DNA from: the human T2T-CHM13v2.0 reference genome, Homo sapiens
Assembly (NCBI GenBank): GCA_009914755.4
Contig: CP086569.2
Coordinates: 8,800,001 to 8,864,000 of the forward strand
Length of the DNA: 64,000 bases
Direction: 5' to 3'
Position 1 is the first letter of the stretch; every line of letters begins with the position of its first letter. The position numbers and the translations under genes were made by a program. This document shows, piece by piece, positions 31,612 to 44,204 of this stretch. The notes below the pieces were generated by a model that did not search any database, was not told the origin of the DNA, and worked only from the letters and a program-made list of their open reading frames with translations.

Positions 31612-32112
31612 TTTTTTTATTTTATTATTATTATACTTTAAATTTTAGGGTATATGTGCCCAATGTGCAGGTTATTTACATATGTGTACATGTGCCATGC
31701 TGGTGTGCTGCACCCATTAACTCGTCATTTTGCATTACGTATATCTCCTAAAGCTATCCCTCCCCCCTCCCCCACCTCACAACAGTACCCAGAGTGTGAT
31801 GTTCGCCTTCCTGTGTCCATGTGTTCTCATTGTTCAGTTCCCACCTATGAGTGAGAACATGTGGTGTTTGGTTTTTTGTTCTTGTGACAGTTTACTGAGA
31901 ATGATGATTTCCAATTTTATCCATGTCCCTACAAAGGACATGTGCTCATCATTTTTTATGGCTGCATAGTATTCCATGGTGTATATATGCCACATTTTCT
32001 TAATCCAGTCTATCATTGTTCGACATTTGGGTTGGTTCCAAGTCTTTGCTATTGTGAACAGTGCCACAATAAACATACGTGTGCATGTGTCTTTATAGCA
32101 GCATGATTTATA
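31612..32112 (-). mobile_element. LINE-1 3'-end fragment (ORF2 C-terminus and 3'UTR) on the minus strand
   Basis: ORF 31834..32133(-) reads ...[89 protein letters not shown]. Poly(T) and the 3'UTR reverse complement sit at 31612-31760. Confidence 0.88.
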
Positions 32113-32114
32113 GT

Positions 32115-32392
32115 TGGAGTATTGCTCTGTCACCCAGGCTGGAGATCAGTGGCGCCATCTCAGCTCGCTGCAAACTCCACCTCCCAGGTTCATGCCATTC
32201 TCCTGTCTCAGCCTTCCCAGCAGCTGGGACTAGAAGCACAACACCACCATGCCTGGCTAATTTTTTGTGCTTTTAGTACAGACGGGGATTTCACTGTGTT
32301 AGCCAGGATGGTGTTGATCTTCCGACCTCATGATCCACCCACCTCAGCCTCCGAAAGTGCTGGGATTACAGGCATGAGCCACCATGCCTGGC
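32115..32392 (-). mobile_element. Alu SINE (3' truncated), followed by a second short Alu fragment at 32398-32455
   Basis: attgctctgtcacccaggctggagatcagtggcgccatctcagctcgctgcaaactccacctcccaggttcatgccattctcc...gctgggattacaggcatgagccaccatgcctggc. This is followed by T17 and gagacggagtctctctctgtcacccagactggagtgcagtggc. Confidence 0.9.
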
Positions 32393-32519
32393 TCATTCTT
32401 TTTTTTTTTTTTTTGAGACGGAGTCTCTCTCTGTCACCCAGACTGGAGTGCAGTGGCTATCCAGAGCTCTCTTATGCCTGTCCTCTTGGATTTTTATTGA
32501 GGCTTTATTACATAGGCAT

Positions 32520-33100
32520 GATTGAATAATCTACTGGCCACAGGTGAACCATCTGATTTTTGTCACAGTATCTCTAGGCTGTTGCTTCACCAGCGAAAAA
32601 TCTCTGTAGATGGTGGCAGCATTGCCCAAGTTTCTCCTGGGGCAGCTGAGCTAATTTTACTGACTCAGCTTGACAGGCTGTGCTTAGCTGAAATATCAGC
32701 TCAGATTCTATTCCTGCAATGGGTGAGCCAGACACAGAGTAGAGAGAGGTGCCTGAGTGACTCTTGAGTCCAGCCACTGCACATAGCTAAACAAACTGGC
32801 TGTGATAAGGTGAGCTGATACAAGTGCTAGAACAGGTGCCAACACCATGCAAGTCTTTGGCTGAATCAGGCATACCACAAGCTGTTTCCTCCAAAAGCAC
32901 TGGAGAATGCAGTGGCATCCAAAAGCTTAGAAATGCCAGAAACTGGAGAGCCCCAGTGATGGTGTCACAGTTCTGACTTGGAACATGTTTAGGTCTGGGC
33001 TTCTGTAAGGGTTAAGCCCTTCTAATCCTTTTTTTAAAAAAAATTCTTCTAACAATGTGGCAAGTGTGGGTTTGAGTGTTTCAACCCTGTTTCTGTTACT
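32520..33100. repeat. Unclassified old interspersed repeat related to 13263-13700
   Basis: Segments such as ...gccagaaactggagagccccagtgatggtgtcacag... resemble ...ccagaaactgcaaagtcccaaagaaggtgtcacagcc... at 13640. ORFs 32522..32767 and 32574..32777 are probably spurious. Confidence 0.3.
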
Positions 33101-33639
33101 GTACTTTTAGTTGTGCCATTAAGAGGGTCCTGAGTTCTTGTCCCATGTCCAGAAAGAATGACATATGTGGGACAATGGAGGGTAACCAAGGTAAATAGAT
33201 GCTTTATTGGGTGAAGATACCGATCTCAGGAGACACAAAGTGGGTAACTCCATTTTACAAAGAGGACATACCTGCATCTGCGAAACACTCAGTAAATAGG
33301 AGACCCAGAGATACAAATTTCAGTAGACAGAAAGGTTGTGTAAACACCTCTGAAGCCCTTAGTGGAGGGGGGATTCACAGTGGGTAGCTTCTATCAGCAG
33401 GAAGGTTATTGAGATGTCTCTACATCCCTTAGTTAGGAGGAGACCTATCTATCTGCAGGCAGGCAATCCCAGTAAGTGTATAAGTCTCAGTTAGAGGAGG
33501 CCCACAGTTGGTGGCTCCACCATGAAGACAAGTTATTTCAAAATCTGAATAAGTCTGAAGTTCACATGGACTTCAGAGGACAGAAAGAGTGTGATGACTG
33601 GTCCATTGGAGAACACGAGTGAGACAGAAAAAGACATCT

Positions 33640-36175
33640 AATCCAAACCCTAACAACTAACACTAAACCCTAAAAATAACCCTAAAATGCTAACTATAAT
33701 CCTAATCTTAACCCCAACCAAAACCATAAACTAGCCACATCCCTAAACTTAAATGTAGCACTACACCTATCCCCAATCCTAAACCTACCCCTAGTCCTAA
33801 ACCTACCCAAATCCCAACTTTTAACCCAAACCCTAAACCTAAATTAAATGCAATCCTAGCCCTAAACCCAAAACAAAAAAACCTAACCCTAAAATTGTAA
33901 TTCTAACACCTAACACATAACCCTAACTCCCACATCTACCCCAACACTAACTCTAAACCTACCCTACCCCTACCTTAAAACCATGACACTAACACTACCC
34001 ATATATTGAACAACATCAACTGCAACTCCAACCCTATCCCCAACCCTAACCCCAAGCCCAAATCCAATCTGGACCCTTAATTGTTACCCTAAAACTAACT
34101 CTAATACATAATCCTGAAAATGAGCATGACACTGCCTCTAAACATGACCCTAAGCCAATCTTAACGCAAACTTAAATATAAATCTGAAGCTAACACTGAA
34201 ACCCTAACACTGATGCTAAACACTAACCCTCACATTACCACTAACCCTAAACCAAATCCTAAAGCTAACACTAACATTATAATCCAAACCCTAACCCTGT
34301 AACACTAACCCTAACACTGAAAATAACCCAAACATATAAACTCTAATCTCAACTCCAACCATAAACAATAACACTAATCCTAAACCTACCCCAGTCCTAC
34401 AACAACCTCAACCACAAACCTCCCCATTAATTATAACCATAATGCTAAAACACTAACCCTAACTTTAAGCCTAAAACCCTATTCCTACCCAACTGCAATG
34501 CCAACTGTAACTATAATTGCTGACACCGAAGCCTATAACTAACCCAATCCAAACCCTAACCACTAATCCCTAACCCGGAACCTAAACATAACACTTAACA
34601 AAACCATAACACTACCCAAACCCTGAGGTCTAACCCTAACCCAGACTCTAACTGTGACCCCAAAAACAACCACAAATTGACCAACAACCCTAACCATAAA
34701 ACACTAAACCTAATAAAGACTGTAACAACTAGCCAAAACAATACATCCTAGATCTAAATTTTAATCACTAATGCCAAACCAAGGCCCTGACCCAAATGCT
34801 AACCAAAGGTGAACAGTAGACCTAAGCCTAACCCCTAACTCAAAATCTAAGGCTGAACCTTAACCCTAACCATTAACACTAGGCCCTAAACCCTAAACTT
34901 CAAACAATAACCCTAACAGGTAATGATAACCCTAACCCATAACCCTAACACTAATCCTAACCCTATCTCTACTACAAACCCAACTCCAACACTAAACCTA
35001 ACACAAACTCTAACCAAGACCAAAACTCCAAACAAGAAACCTAAACATAAACCTAACCATAATTGTAACATAATCATAACCATAAAGCTAAAATTAAAAG
35101 CAAGCCCTATGCTACCACCAAACTGTAAATGCTAACATCAACTTTAACCATACACCCTAAACCCAAGACGTAAACATAACAATTAATAATAAACCTAATA
35201 ATAACCTTCAAACATTTTAAACCTAAACTTAAACTTAATCCTAAATGCTAAATCCTACCTTATTCCTCAAAATTCAACCTAATCATAGAACAGAGCTAAC
35301 ACTAAAAAATAAATCTAAGGCTAAACCTAATTATAACCCCTAACACAAACCCTAATCCAAACACTCAACCCTAAATGTAAACCTAACACTAAACCCTGAC
35401 CCTAAGCCTAAACACAAACCCTAACCCCTAATTCTAACAGAATTTAACCCTAACCATAAGCATAAACCCTAACCCTAAGCATAAACAAAAATGCTAAACC
35501 CAAACTTAACCCTAATCCTATACTGTAACCCTAAACCTAATGCAAACCTAACACTGAGCCTCACCGTAACCCCTTATCCTAACCCTAAAGCCACCTTAAC
35601 CCTAACCTTAAATGCTATACAATAACCCTAAATCTAACCCTAAATCCTAAACACTAACCCTAAACTCTAAACATTAACCCTAACACTAACACTAACCTGA
35701 AAACCTAACCTGAGCCCAAACCCTAAAACCTAAACTGAATTCTTATCCTTATCCTAACCCTAACTCTAAGCCCTAACCCTAACAGTAACACACTAACCCT
35801 ATTACCCTCACTCTCACCCTCACCTTAATTCTAACTCATAACACTAACCATAACGCTGGCCATGACCCTAACCTAGAACTTAACCCTACCTACCCCAGCT
35901 CCTAACCTCTAAGTATAAGCCTGTTTTTTAACCTAAACCTAAGCATAATCCGACCCCAAACCTAACCTAACCTAACATCTAAACCTCATTCTAACTCTAG
36001 CCCTAAACTTAACACTAACCTTGACCCCTGACCCTAATCCTAATTCTAACCCTAACCCTAATCCTACCACAACACTAGCCCCTAACCCAACCCCAGCCCT
36101 AACCCTCAATCTAACACTAACATTTCTTCTGCAATTGTAAACCCCTTCCCTAATACCCAACTTCTATCCTGTCTT
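33640..36175 (+). repeat. Degenerate telomere-like hexamer array (CCCTAA)n, C-rich strand on plus, ~2.5 kb, interstitial
   Basis: Continuous head-to-tail run of CCCTAA/ACCCTA/CTAACC variants (aaccctaaccctaa, ctaacactaaccctaa, cctaaacctaccc ...) with heavy point-mutation decay. ORFs 34923..35135(+) and 35972..36160(-) (GLGLGLELGLG, the reading of (TTAGGG)n) are repeat artefacts. Confidence 0.88.
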
Positions 36176-37476
36176 TAATGTTACCCCATCATCCTTCAAA
36201 AAAATTTAAATATATCCTCGATGACTCTAACCTCTAAGTCCTAATGCCCATAAGAGTACATCAAGCAATACTTCTTTGTAATTCCAATTGAGTATTCAAT
36301 TAAACATATGATATCACGGGGACAAAAAACTAAATATTAACAAATCTGATAATTATAGACGTCATAATGCTTAAACAAATACTAGTAGATGGAATTAGGT
36401 ACATAGTGAAGACATTACACACCAGAATGACTAAGTTCTTTATTCAGAAAATCAAGGGTTTTTCAACATTCTAAAGCCATCCCTTTTCAATATGTCATGT
36501 AAATTAAATGATGAAAAAACACTACATGTTTATCTCAACTGTTACAGAAAGTACTTAAATATAGTCAACAAATTTAATAATACAAACATCCAAAAAGTGG
36601 GTTTGAATTTCTTTTATATGATAAAACATCTTTATGCAAAGCACATAACAATCATCATTTGAGTTGTTGGGAAGCAAGGCTTTAAGATTAGGAATGCAGC
36701 ACTGATGCCCACTTTCATCACTGTATTCAACACTGTTCTAGAACTTCCATCCAAAACAATTAGAAAAGACAAATATATACCAACACATTCATATGTGAAA
36801 GAAAAAAGTAAAACTATCTACTCATAGATCTCATAATCATATATGCAGAAAATCATAAGGAACAAACAATAAATTATGAAATCTTGTAAACAAATTAAAA
36901 CTTACAGGACTAGAATTACTCCAACGGCTCTAAAACCCATAGGGGCAGGTAGATAGGCCTTGGAGCAGAGGCTGTGTTGCTACATTGGGTCCTGGGCTGC
37001 AGTGGCTGTGGGGCTAACAAAAACTATTCAAGTTCCTGGGGATTCAAGTAGAATTACTTAAAAACATAATGGATGTGAAGAAGAGAAAACCTACAATGGT
37101 TGTGAAAGTCCTAATCCCATGATATCAAATAGATATCTTCTGAGTCATGAATTTGTTGTAAAAGGAGAACATGCATAAACCTCAACAACAATGAAACCCA
37201 TTTGAGTGACCCAGGTCATTTTTCTGAGGAGGAAAGCATTGAGGTCAATTTAAGAGATATCCCTTCACAAGTGCAGCCAAAAGCATGCACGTATTTTACC
37301 TAAATATTTCACTAAACATACAGTTCAACAGAGATTCCTAAATTCCCATTTTACCTGAAGCTGCACTAGAACTGCTGATGGCTGTGAACTTTCTAGATTG
37401 CATGTAAATACAGTTGATTGTATATAAATAAAATGAATTGATATAATAAAATAAATTATAATAAGCTGTCAACTCC

Positions 37477-37765
37477 TTTTTTTTTTTGAGGTGGAGTCTC
37501 ACTCTGTCAGCTGGGCTGGAGTGCAGCGGAACGATCACAGCTCACTACAAGCTCTGCCTCCTGGGTCCACGCCATGCTCCTGCCTCAGCCTCCTGAGTAG
37601 CTGGGACTACAGGCACCTGCCACCACACCTGGCTAATTTTTTGCATTTTTAGTAGACAGGGTTTCCCCATGTTAGCCAGATGGCCTCGATCTCTTCCCCT
37701 CACGATCCACCTGCCTTGGCCTCCCAAAGTGCTGGGATTATAGGTGTAAGCCACTGAGCCTGGCC
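37477..37765 (-). mobile_element. Alu SINE with TSD
   Basis: tttttttttttgaggtggagtctcactctgtcagctgggctggagtgcagcggaacgatcacagctcactacaagc...ctcccaaagtgctgggattataggtgtaagccactgagcctggcc. The flanks agctgtcaact and agctgttaact match. Confidence 0.92.
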
Positions 37766-38147
37766 AGCTGTTAACTATTGTCAGTGTTTAAGACCCGTAG
37801 TTGAGATACTATTTTTCTTCTAGACAGTGCATTCCCTGTATGCAATGTAACTATAAAATTAATTTTAAATAAGGTTGACTTTTGTTATTTGCATAGCAGA
37901 GTTGAAATGTGTTTGCAATATGAACAAACTAAGGACATTTTCACAAACTGTGAAACAAATATGCAACTCATAAGTGGGTTTGCCTTATGCTTTGTGTATG
38001 TCTCTTAAAATGAGCAATGGTAACACAAAAATGCTGAAAATTAGGCATAAATGAATAACTGCATTATAAAAATGTTCATAGCTTAGCCAGAATGTTGATT
38101 TTTATCTAAACCTAACATATTAAATGTTTTATCAATGCCAATAATCC

Positions 38148-38782
<635 letters not shown>

Positions 38783-38954
38783 TTACTAGGTACAATTTTT
38801 GAAGAAGTAACTGAATGATATCCACAGGGTCAACAAGTCAACTATATGACTTAAGACTTCTTGTACATTATACCTTTTGGGAAACTGAAAGTACTGTATT
38901 TTTATTGACTGTAAAGCAACATTCCTTGGCAATATTCAAAACAGGAAAAAAAAA

Positions 38955-39122
38955 GTCTAGGTGTGGTGTGGTGGCTTATGCCTGTAATTCCATTTCTTTG
39001 GGAGTGAAATGTGTAAGGATTGCTAGAGCCAAAGAGTTTGAAGCTGCAGTGAGCACACCACCCACCACACTGCCACCTGGGCCAGAGACTGAGACGCTTC
39101 CTCAAACAACAACAAAATCAGT
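38955..39122 (+). mobile_element. Alu-family monomer (FLAM/FRAM-like)
   Basis: gtctaggtgtggtgtggtggcttatgcctgtaattccatttctttgggag...gcagtgagcacaccacccaccacactgccacctgggccagagactgagacgc. Confidence 0.6.
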
Positions 39123-39189
39123 GGTAGTAATATTTTAAGCTTAAATTTAACCACGGTGCAAGACTTAGACATGACAAATTATAAAATAT

Positions 39190-40280
39190 TGCTGAAATAA
39201 ATTTCAGAAACCCTAAATAGATGTAAAGACATTCCATGTTTCTGGATTAAAAGGTGATATTTTATATGATGGCAATAATACACAAAGCAATCTACAAATT
39301 CACTGTGATTCCTACGAAATACCAAAATTCTTTTGGCAGAAATGGGCAAGCCAGTCATGACATTCATATAAATTTCAAGGGATTCTGAGTAGCCAAAATA
39401 TTCTTGAAAACAAAAACCAACTTGGATCTCAATTTCAAATATTACTACAAAGGAACAGTAATAAAAAGACCATAATACTAGCATAAGGACAAACATATAG
39501 ATCGATGGAACTGAATGTTGAGTCCAAGAATACCTCTATAGTCAATGATTTTTGACATGTAGCCAAGACCATTAAATTCAACAAATGGTGTTAGACCACT
39601 GACTACTAAAATTCAGACAAATAAATTGTACTCTATCCTCATAACATGTAGAAAAGTTAATTCAAAATGCTTCAGAAGCCTCAAAAATTAACTCAAAATG
39701 GTTCAAAAAGTTTAATATGTAAACAGAGGTAAAAATGTAAACTCTAGAAGAAAACATAGGGATAAATGTTCATAACCTTGGATTTAGCAGTAGTTTCTTA
39801 GATATGACACTAAAATCACAGGCAAATAAAGAAATAATTTCCTCAAAAACTTTTGTGCAACAGAAGACACTGACAAGAAAGTGAAAAGACATGTCACAGA
39901 AAGATTTGCACATTATATATGTGACAATAGTGTGTTATCCACAATATATAAAGAAATTGTATAACTCAACAACAACATAAAAGACAAACAATCCAATTAC
40001 AAAATGAAGAAATAGTTGAACACACACTTCGCCAAAAAACATGCGTATGGAAAACAAGCACATAAAAATACAAACAGTAAAATATATAAGTTCTACTCCA
40101 TCAAATGTTTCATATAATAGCTTTTCTCATAGTCATGTGATGCTGTGTGGTAAAATTACTACTTTTTATCTCTACCTGAGGAACAGACAAGGTAGCAATA
40201 CTGCTTGGGGGTAAGTTTCCTCAGATGAAAAAAAAATTAGCAAAAATGACATTCTGAAATGAAGACTTTCCTGATGGACT
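39190..40280 (+). mobile_element. Ancient LINE-1 (L1M-type) ORF2 fragment
   Basis: Translation shows ...KAIYKFTVIPTKYQNSFGRNGQASHDIHINFKGF... and ...NTHFAKKHAYGKQAHKNTNSKIYKFYSIK.. (compare L1 ORF2 [39 protein letters not shown]). There are many stops. ORF 39179..39496(-) is spurious. Confidence 0.6.
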
Positions 40281-40734
40281 AGAGTTTCCAATAAATGTTA
40301 CCGTTCGTACCTCAGCCTCCAGAGGTCAAGAATTTGGGAGACGTTTTTCCCTCAGGTGAAGCCAATGTTAAAGTGAAATAGGTCTGTGGATTGGACTTTC
40401 ATGTAGAAATAGTGTATTTCCTGATATGGTTGTTATGTGGTGGTAACCTGAGAGAGAGTTCCCGCTTTTGGTAAAACACACTGGGATATTTTGCACGAAA
40501 CTGCAAATCCGGCACAGCACTAACTGCTGAGAAATCTGGAAAAAAGGATGAAGTATACTAACTGCTACTGCAAGTTCCTTAGAAGTATGAAATTATTGGG
40601 AAGTAAACTACTTTTAAATGAAAACAACCATGTCAATACCATGAAACTAAAGCAGAGACATTAACCCAAATTTCATTATAGAGGGAAATCCAACGCAAAT
40701 CCAGATCAATGGAAGGTGTAAAACTAAGGGCCCT

Positions 40735-41320
40735 GGTAAGAGTAGAAACCTTATGTATTACATGTGTTACATCTGTATGATGAGTGTTACAATAGTAACT
40801 ATGGGTGTTATATTAGTGTTACAGTTGTTCTATTTGTATTACAAATGTTATATGAGTATCATGAGTGTTATTTTAGTATTACAGGTGTTACATCGGTATT
40901 ACAGTTGATACATCAAAATTACAGTTGTTATATTTGAATTGTGCATGGTATATTGGTATCATGAGTGTTACAGTTGTATTACAGGTGTCAGGACAGCTTT
41001 ACAGGTGTTACATCAGTGTTACCGATGTTTTATTTGTATTGCGGATCATGTATCGTTATTATTAGTGTTACAGTTGTATCGTGAGTGTTAGATTAGCATT
41101 ATGGTTGTTATATTTTTATTGTGGATGGTACGTTGGTATTATGAGTGTTTCATTACTGTTATGAGTATTACACTTGTAAGATAAGTGTTATATGAGTATT
41201 ACAGGTGTTACATTTGTAGTACTGTTGCATCTGTATTATAGGTGCTGTGTTAGTTTACTGATGTTACATTTGTAGTAGAGATGATATAATTTATGAAGAA
41301 TGTTATATATGTGTCACAAG
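40735..41320. repeat. Degenerate minisatellite (~15-18 bp unit GTGTTACAGTTGTAT / GTATTACAGGTGTTACAT), ~35 units
   Basis: Direct reading: ...gtgttacatctgtatgatgagtgttacaatagtaactatgggtgttatattagtgttacagttgttctatttgtattacaaatgttatatgagtatcatgagtgttattttagtattacaggtgttacatcggtattacagttgatacatc... Confidence 0.9.
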
Positions 41321-41324
41321 TCCA

Positions 41325-41730
41325 TGGCGTTGACTTTGCATTGCGTCCACCGCGCCTTGTGTGGGGACGGACCTTGGGTAGCACTAAAAAACATATATTT
41401 TTTTACTTCTAATGTTCCACACAAAGCCATTTTACTAAGCCCTTGATCCTCAACAGTCATAGGAAGGTTTTTACTTATCTCTGCCTCAGGCTGTCCCTGA
41501 GCGAGGCGGAGTTGCTAGCGTGTGTGCTGAGGGGAATGCAGCTCTTGTCCTCCGCCGCAGCAGGCGGTGAACACCCGAGCACTCACAAGGTCTGAAAAGG
41601 GTGCTCGCGCGCCGCTGTGCAGGTGGACGGAGGAACTGCAAGACCCACGTGGTCCAGGGCGGCCCTGTGCGCTCCCTCCTGGCTGGCCTGCGGCATCAAA
41701 TAAAGGCAGAGTTCAGATTGTTCTGCGCCC
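41325..41730. promoter_or_regulatory. CpG-dense island (~25 CpG in ~400 bp) in an otherwise AT-rich, CpG-depleted region; candidate unmethylated promoter or CpG-rich repeat
   Basis: catggCGttgactttgcattgCGtccacCGCGcc...gagCGaggCGgagttgctagCGtgtg...cctcCGcCGcagcaggCGgtgaacacCCGagc...gggtgctCGCGCGcCGctgtgcaggtggaCGgagg...ccaCGtggtccagggCGgccctgtgCGctccc. It is followed by AATAAA (41700) and T17 (41771-41787). Confidence 0.4.
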
Positions 41731-42475
41731 ATCATTTTGACAATTCAAACGGAAATGGAGCCTATTATCCTTTTTTTTTTTTTTTCTAAAAATGAGAAGG
41801 AACCAATAACTGGAAACCACAGAAAATGACGTGAATGCAGACGCAAACTTTACTTCTTAAACAAAAATGTCCTCAACATAGTCCTGAGACTTAAAATGCA
41901 AAAAAAAAAAATGCTTTCTCATATTAAAAGTTTGCACTCTGTGAAAAATATTGTTCAGTAAATAGACAAGCCACAGATTGAAAAGAAATATCTTCAAAAG
42001 ACAGATTTAAGCAAGAACTTGCACTCAAAATATACAAAGAAAGTTCGAAATTCAAAAATAAAATAGACTATCCAAATAAAAATGGGTCAAGAGCTGAGCA
42101 GATAACTCACCAATGAAGACAAAGAGATGACAAGGAAACAAAAAGATATTCAATTTCATATCATTGCAGGACTGAAAATCACAAGGATGAGATAGCAGGC
42201 CCCATCTATATTTGCTAGTACTGCTAAACTGTTTTTAAAACATGACAAACGATTTTCTGGAGGATAAACAGGGATTCATTCATTTCTGGTGGAATGCAGG
42301 ATGGTGGGAGATCAGAATACATGACCAGAAACTATGCTTCTTTGGTATAAGGCTTATTTTAAACTCACCATTTTCAGAAAATGCAGACACAGGGGAACTT
42401 CTGAAAGCAGAGAAGTAGTTACCCTTTTGTAAGGGAAATTTACATCTAATAAGGAAATCTCCATTTTAATGAGGC

Positions 42476-42640
42476 TTTCTTTCCCTTCCTTCCTCCCTCT
42501 TCCTTCTCTCCCTCCATCCCTCCCTCCCTCTCTCTCTCTTTCTTTCTTTTTCTTTCTTTCTTTATTTTTCTTTCTCTCTTTCCAACAGTCTCCCTCTCTC
42601 TCTCTTTGTCTATCTCTCTTTCTCTCTCTCTCTCTCTTAG
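42476..42640. repeat. Polypyrimidine (CT/CTTT/CCCT/CTTTCTTT)n mirror-repeat microsatellite
   Basis: ttcccttccttcctccctcttccttctctccctccatccctccctccctctctctctctttctttctttttctttctttctttatttttctttctctctttcc...ctctctctctctctctt. ORFs 42354..42644(-), 42446..42646(-) and 42469..42699(+) (RERE/KKER low complexity) are artefacts. Confidence 0.95.
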
Positions 42641-42656
42641 CCACACCCCTCTCTAA

Positions 42657-42918
42657 CAGAGTCTCACTCTGTTGCCCAGGCTGTAGTGCAATGGCATAAT
42701 TTCAGCTCACCTCAACCTCCACCTCCAGGGTTTACGAGATTCTCTTTCTTCAGCCTGAGGAGAAGCTAGGACTATAGTCATGTGCCATCATGCCTGGCTA
42801 AATTTTTAGTATCTTTATTAGAGATGGGGTTTCACTATGTTTGACAGGATGGTCTCCAACTCCTGACCTCATGATTCACTCAACTTGGCCTCCCAAAGCG
42901 TTGGGATTACAGTGTGAG
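42657..42918 (-). mobile_element. Alu SINE (5' truncated)
   Basis: agagtctcactctgttgcccaggctgtagtgcaatggcataatttcagctcacctcaacctccacctccagggtttacgagattctc...ggcctcccaaagcgttgggattacagtgtgag. Confidence 0.85.
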
Positions 42919-43740
42919 AAGAAACCCCGGCCAAGACTCCCTTTCAATACCAATAAGAGAAAGATGATGAAATCCATAGAGGTTCTTATTAAGAGACTTC
43001 CAGAAACACCCTCAAAAATGTATACAGAAATGGTACTTTACCAGCTATGTGAGTATCCCTTAATTGTGTCAAGCGAACACTTAAAATTAGCCATTACAGT
43101 ATTTGTGCTGGATTTGTGGCTACAGTTTTAGAATGAATTCTATAAAATTTATACTTAGATATGTCTTACGTATGTTTGTATTTTTTTATATGTGATACTT
43201 TCACATCTCTGAATGTCAGTGCAAAATTAATCTCTAAAATCATTTAAAAGTGCTCTATTCTAGATTGGCTTGGAAAAAACTTAGCACTTATAGGATAAAT
43301 ATTTCTAAAACATGCAGAAAATAGAGCAACTAATCCAAATGTTTTTCAAGTGCAGATTATTTTGAAAAACCTTTGGTAAGTAAAACTATCTAATATTTTT
43401 TGCTTAATAAAACAAGTATGTATTTAGAGTTGTCACTATTCAATATGAAACAGACGTACATTTTTATTTCATTTACTTACCAAACAAATTGATATTATAT
43501 TCACTCAATATTTAAAATCTTAAATCTTATAGTTTGATGCTAATTAAGTTGCCATTCTTATGACCAACATTATTGTAATAATAATGTGTTACAGTATATC
43601 TAATACTGATTTATAAAATCTTTCTGGTAATTTGTAACTTTAAAGTTATGATAAACAAAATAGGTTTATAAAACAAAATAAAAACCAGTAATTACAAAAC
43701 ATAAATTGAAGCTTATATACTATAGCTTCTTTTCTTATCT

Positions 43741-44033
43741 TTTTTTTTTTTTTTTTTTTGAGATGGAGTTTTCTCTTGTTGCCCAGGTTGGAGTGCAATG
43801 GCACAATCTCAGCTCACTGCAACCCTGCCTCCCAGATTCAAATGATTCTCCTGCCTCAGCCTCCCTAGTAGCTGAGATTATAGGCACACCCAGCTAATTT
43901 TCTTGTAACTTTAGTAGAAACAGGGTTTCAGGATGTTAGCCACGTTGGTCTCAAACCCCTGACCTCAGGTGGCCCACCCACCTTGGCCTCCCAAACTGCT
44001 GGGATTACGGACATGAGCCACCACTCCCAGTGC
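43741..44033 (-). mobile_element. Alu SINE with TSD
   Basis: T19 is followed by gagatggagttttctcttgttgcccaggttggagtgcaatggcacaatctcagctcactgcaaccctgcctcccagattcaaatgattctcctgcctcagcctccctagtagctgagattataggc...cccaaactgctgggattacggacatgagccaccactcccagtgc. The flanks atagcttcttttctta and ctagcttcttactttg match. Confidence 0.92.
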
Positions 44034-44204
44034 TCTAGCTTCTTACTTTGAGAGAGACTAAAAGATATTTTTATCTGTTTACGAACATCCTTTCTACAAT
44101 AATGAGACATTATACTATGAGAAAATATATGCCTCTAAAAATTGAGATGGTTTGTTCAAAAATTATGTAACCCACTCTGGAATGCTAATACATGACAAAC
44201 AGTT

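Noticed and set aside
31596-32112. Whether the plus-strand L1 ORF1 fragment (30420-31590) and the adjacent minus-strand L1 3' end (31612-32112) form a second twin-priming inversion
   Set aside because: The poly(T)/3'UTR of the minus-strand piece sits between the two pieces, whereas twin priming places the poly(A) at the outer end. The two fragments also differ greatly in age (L1M-like ORF1 versus L1PA-like 3'UTR). They are independent insertions.
34923-36160. ORFs 34923..35135 (+) and 35972..36160 (-) with NPTL / GLGLG repeats
   Set aside because: They are direct translations of the degenerate (CCCTAA)n/(TTAGGG)n array.
42354-42699. ORFs encoding RERERE/KKERKK and SLSLSL low-complexity peptides
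   Set aside because: They are translations of the polypyrimidine/polypurine microsatellite.
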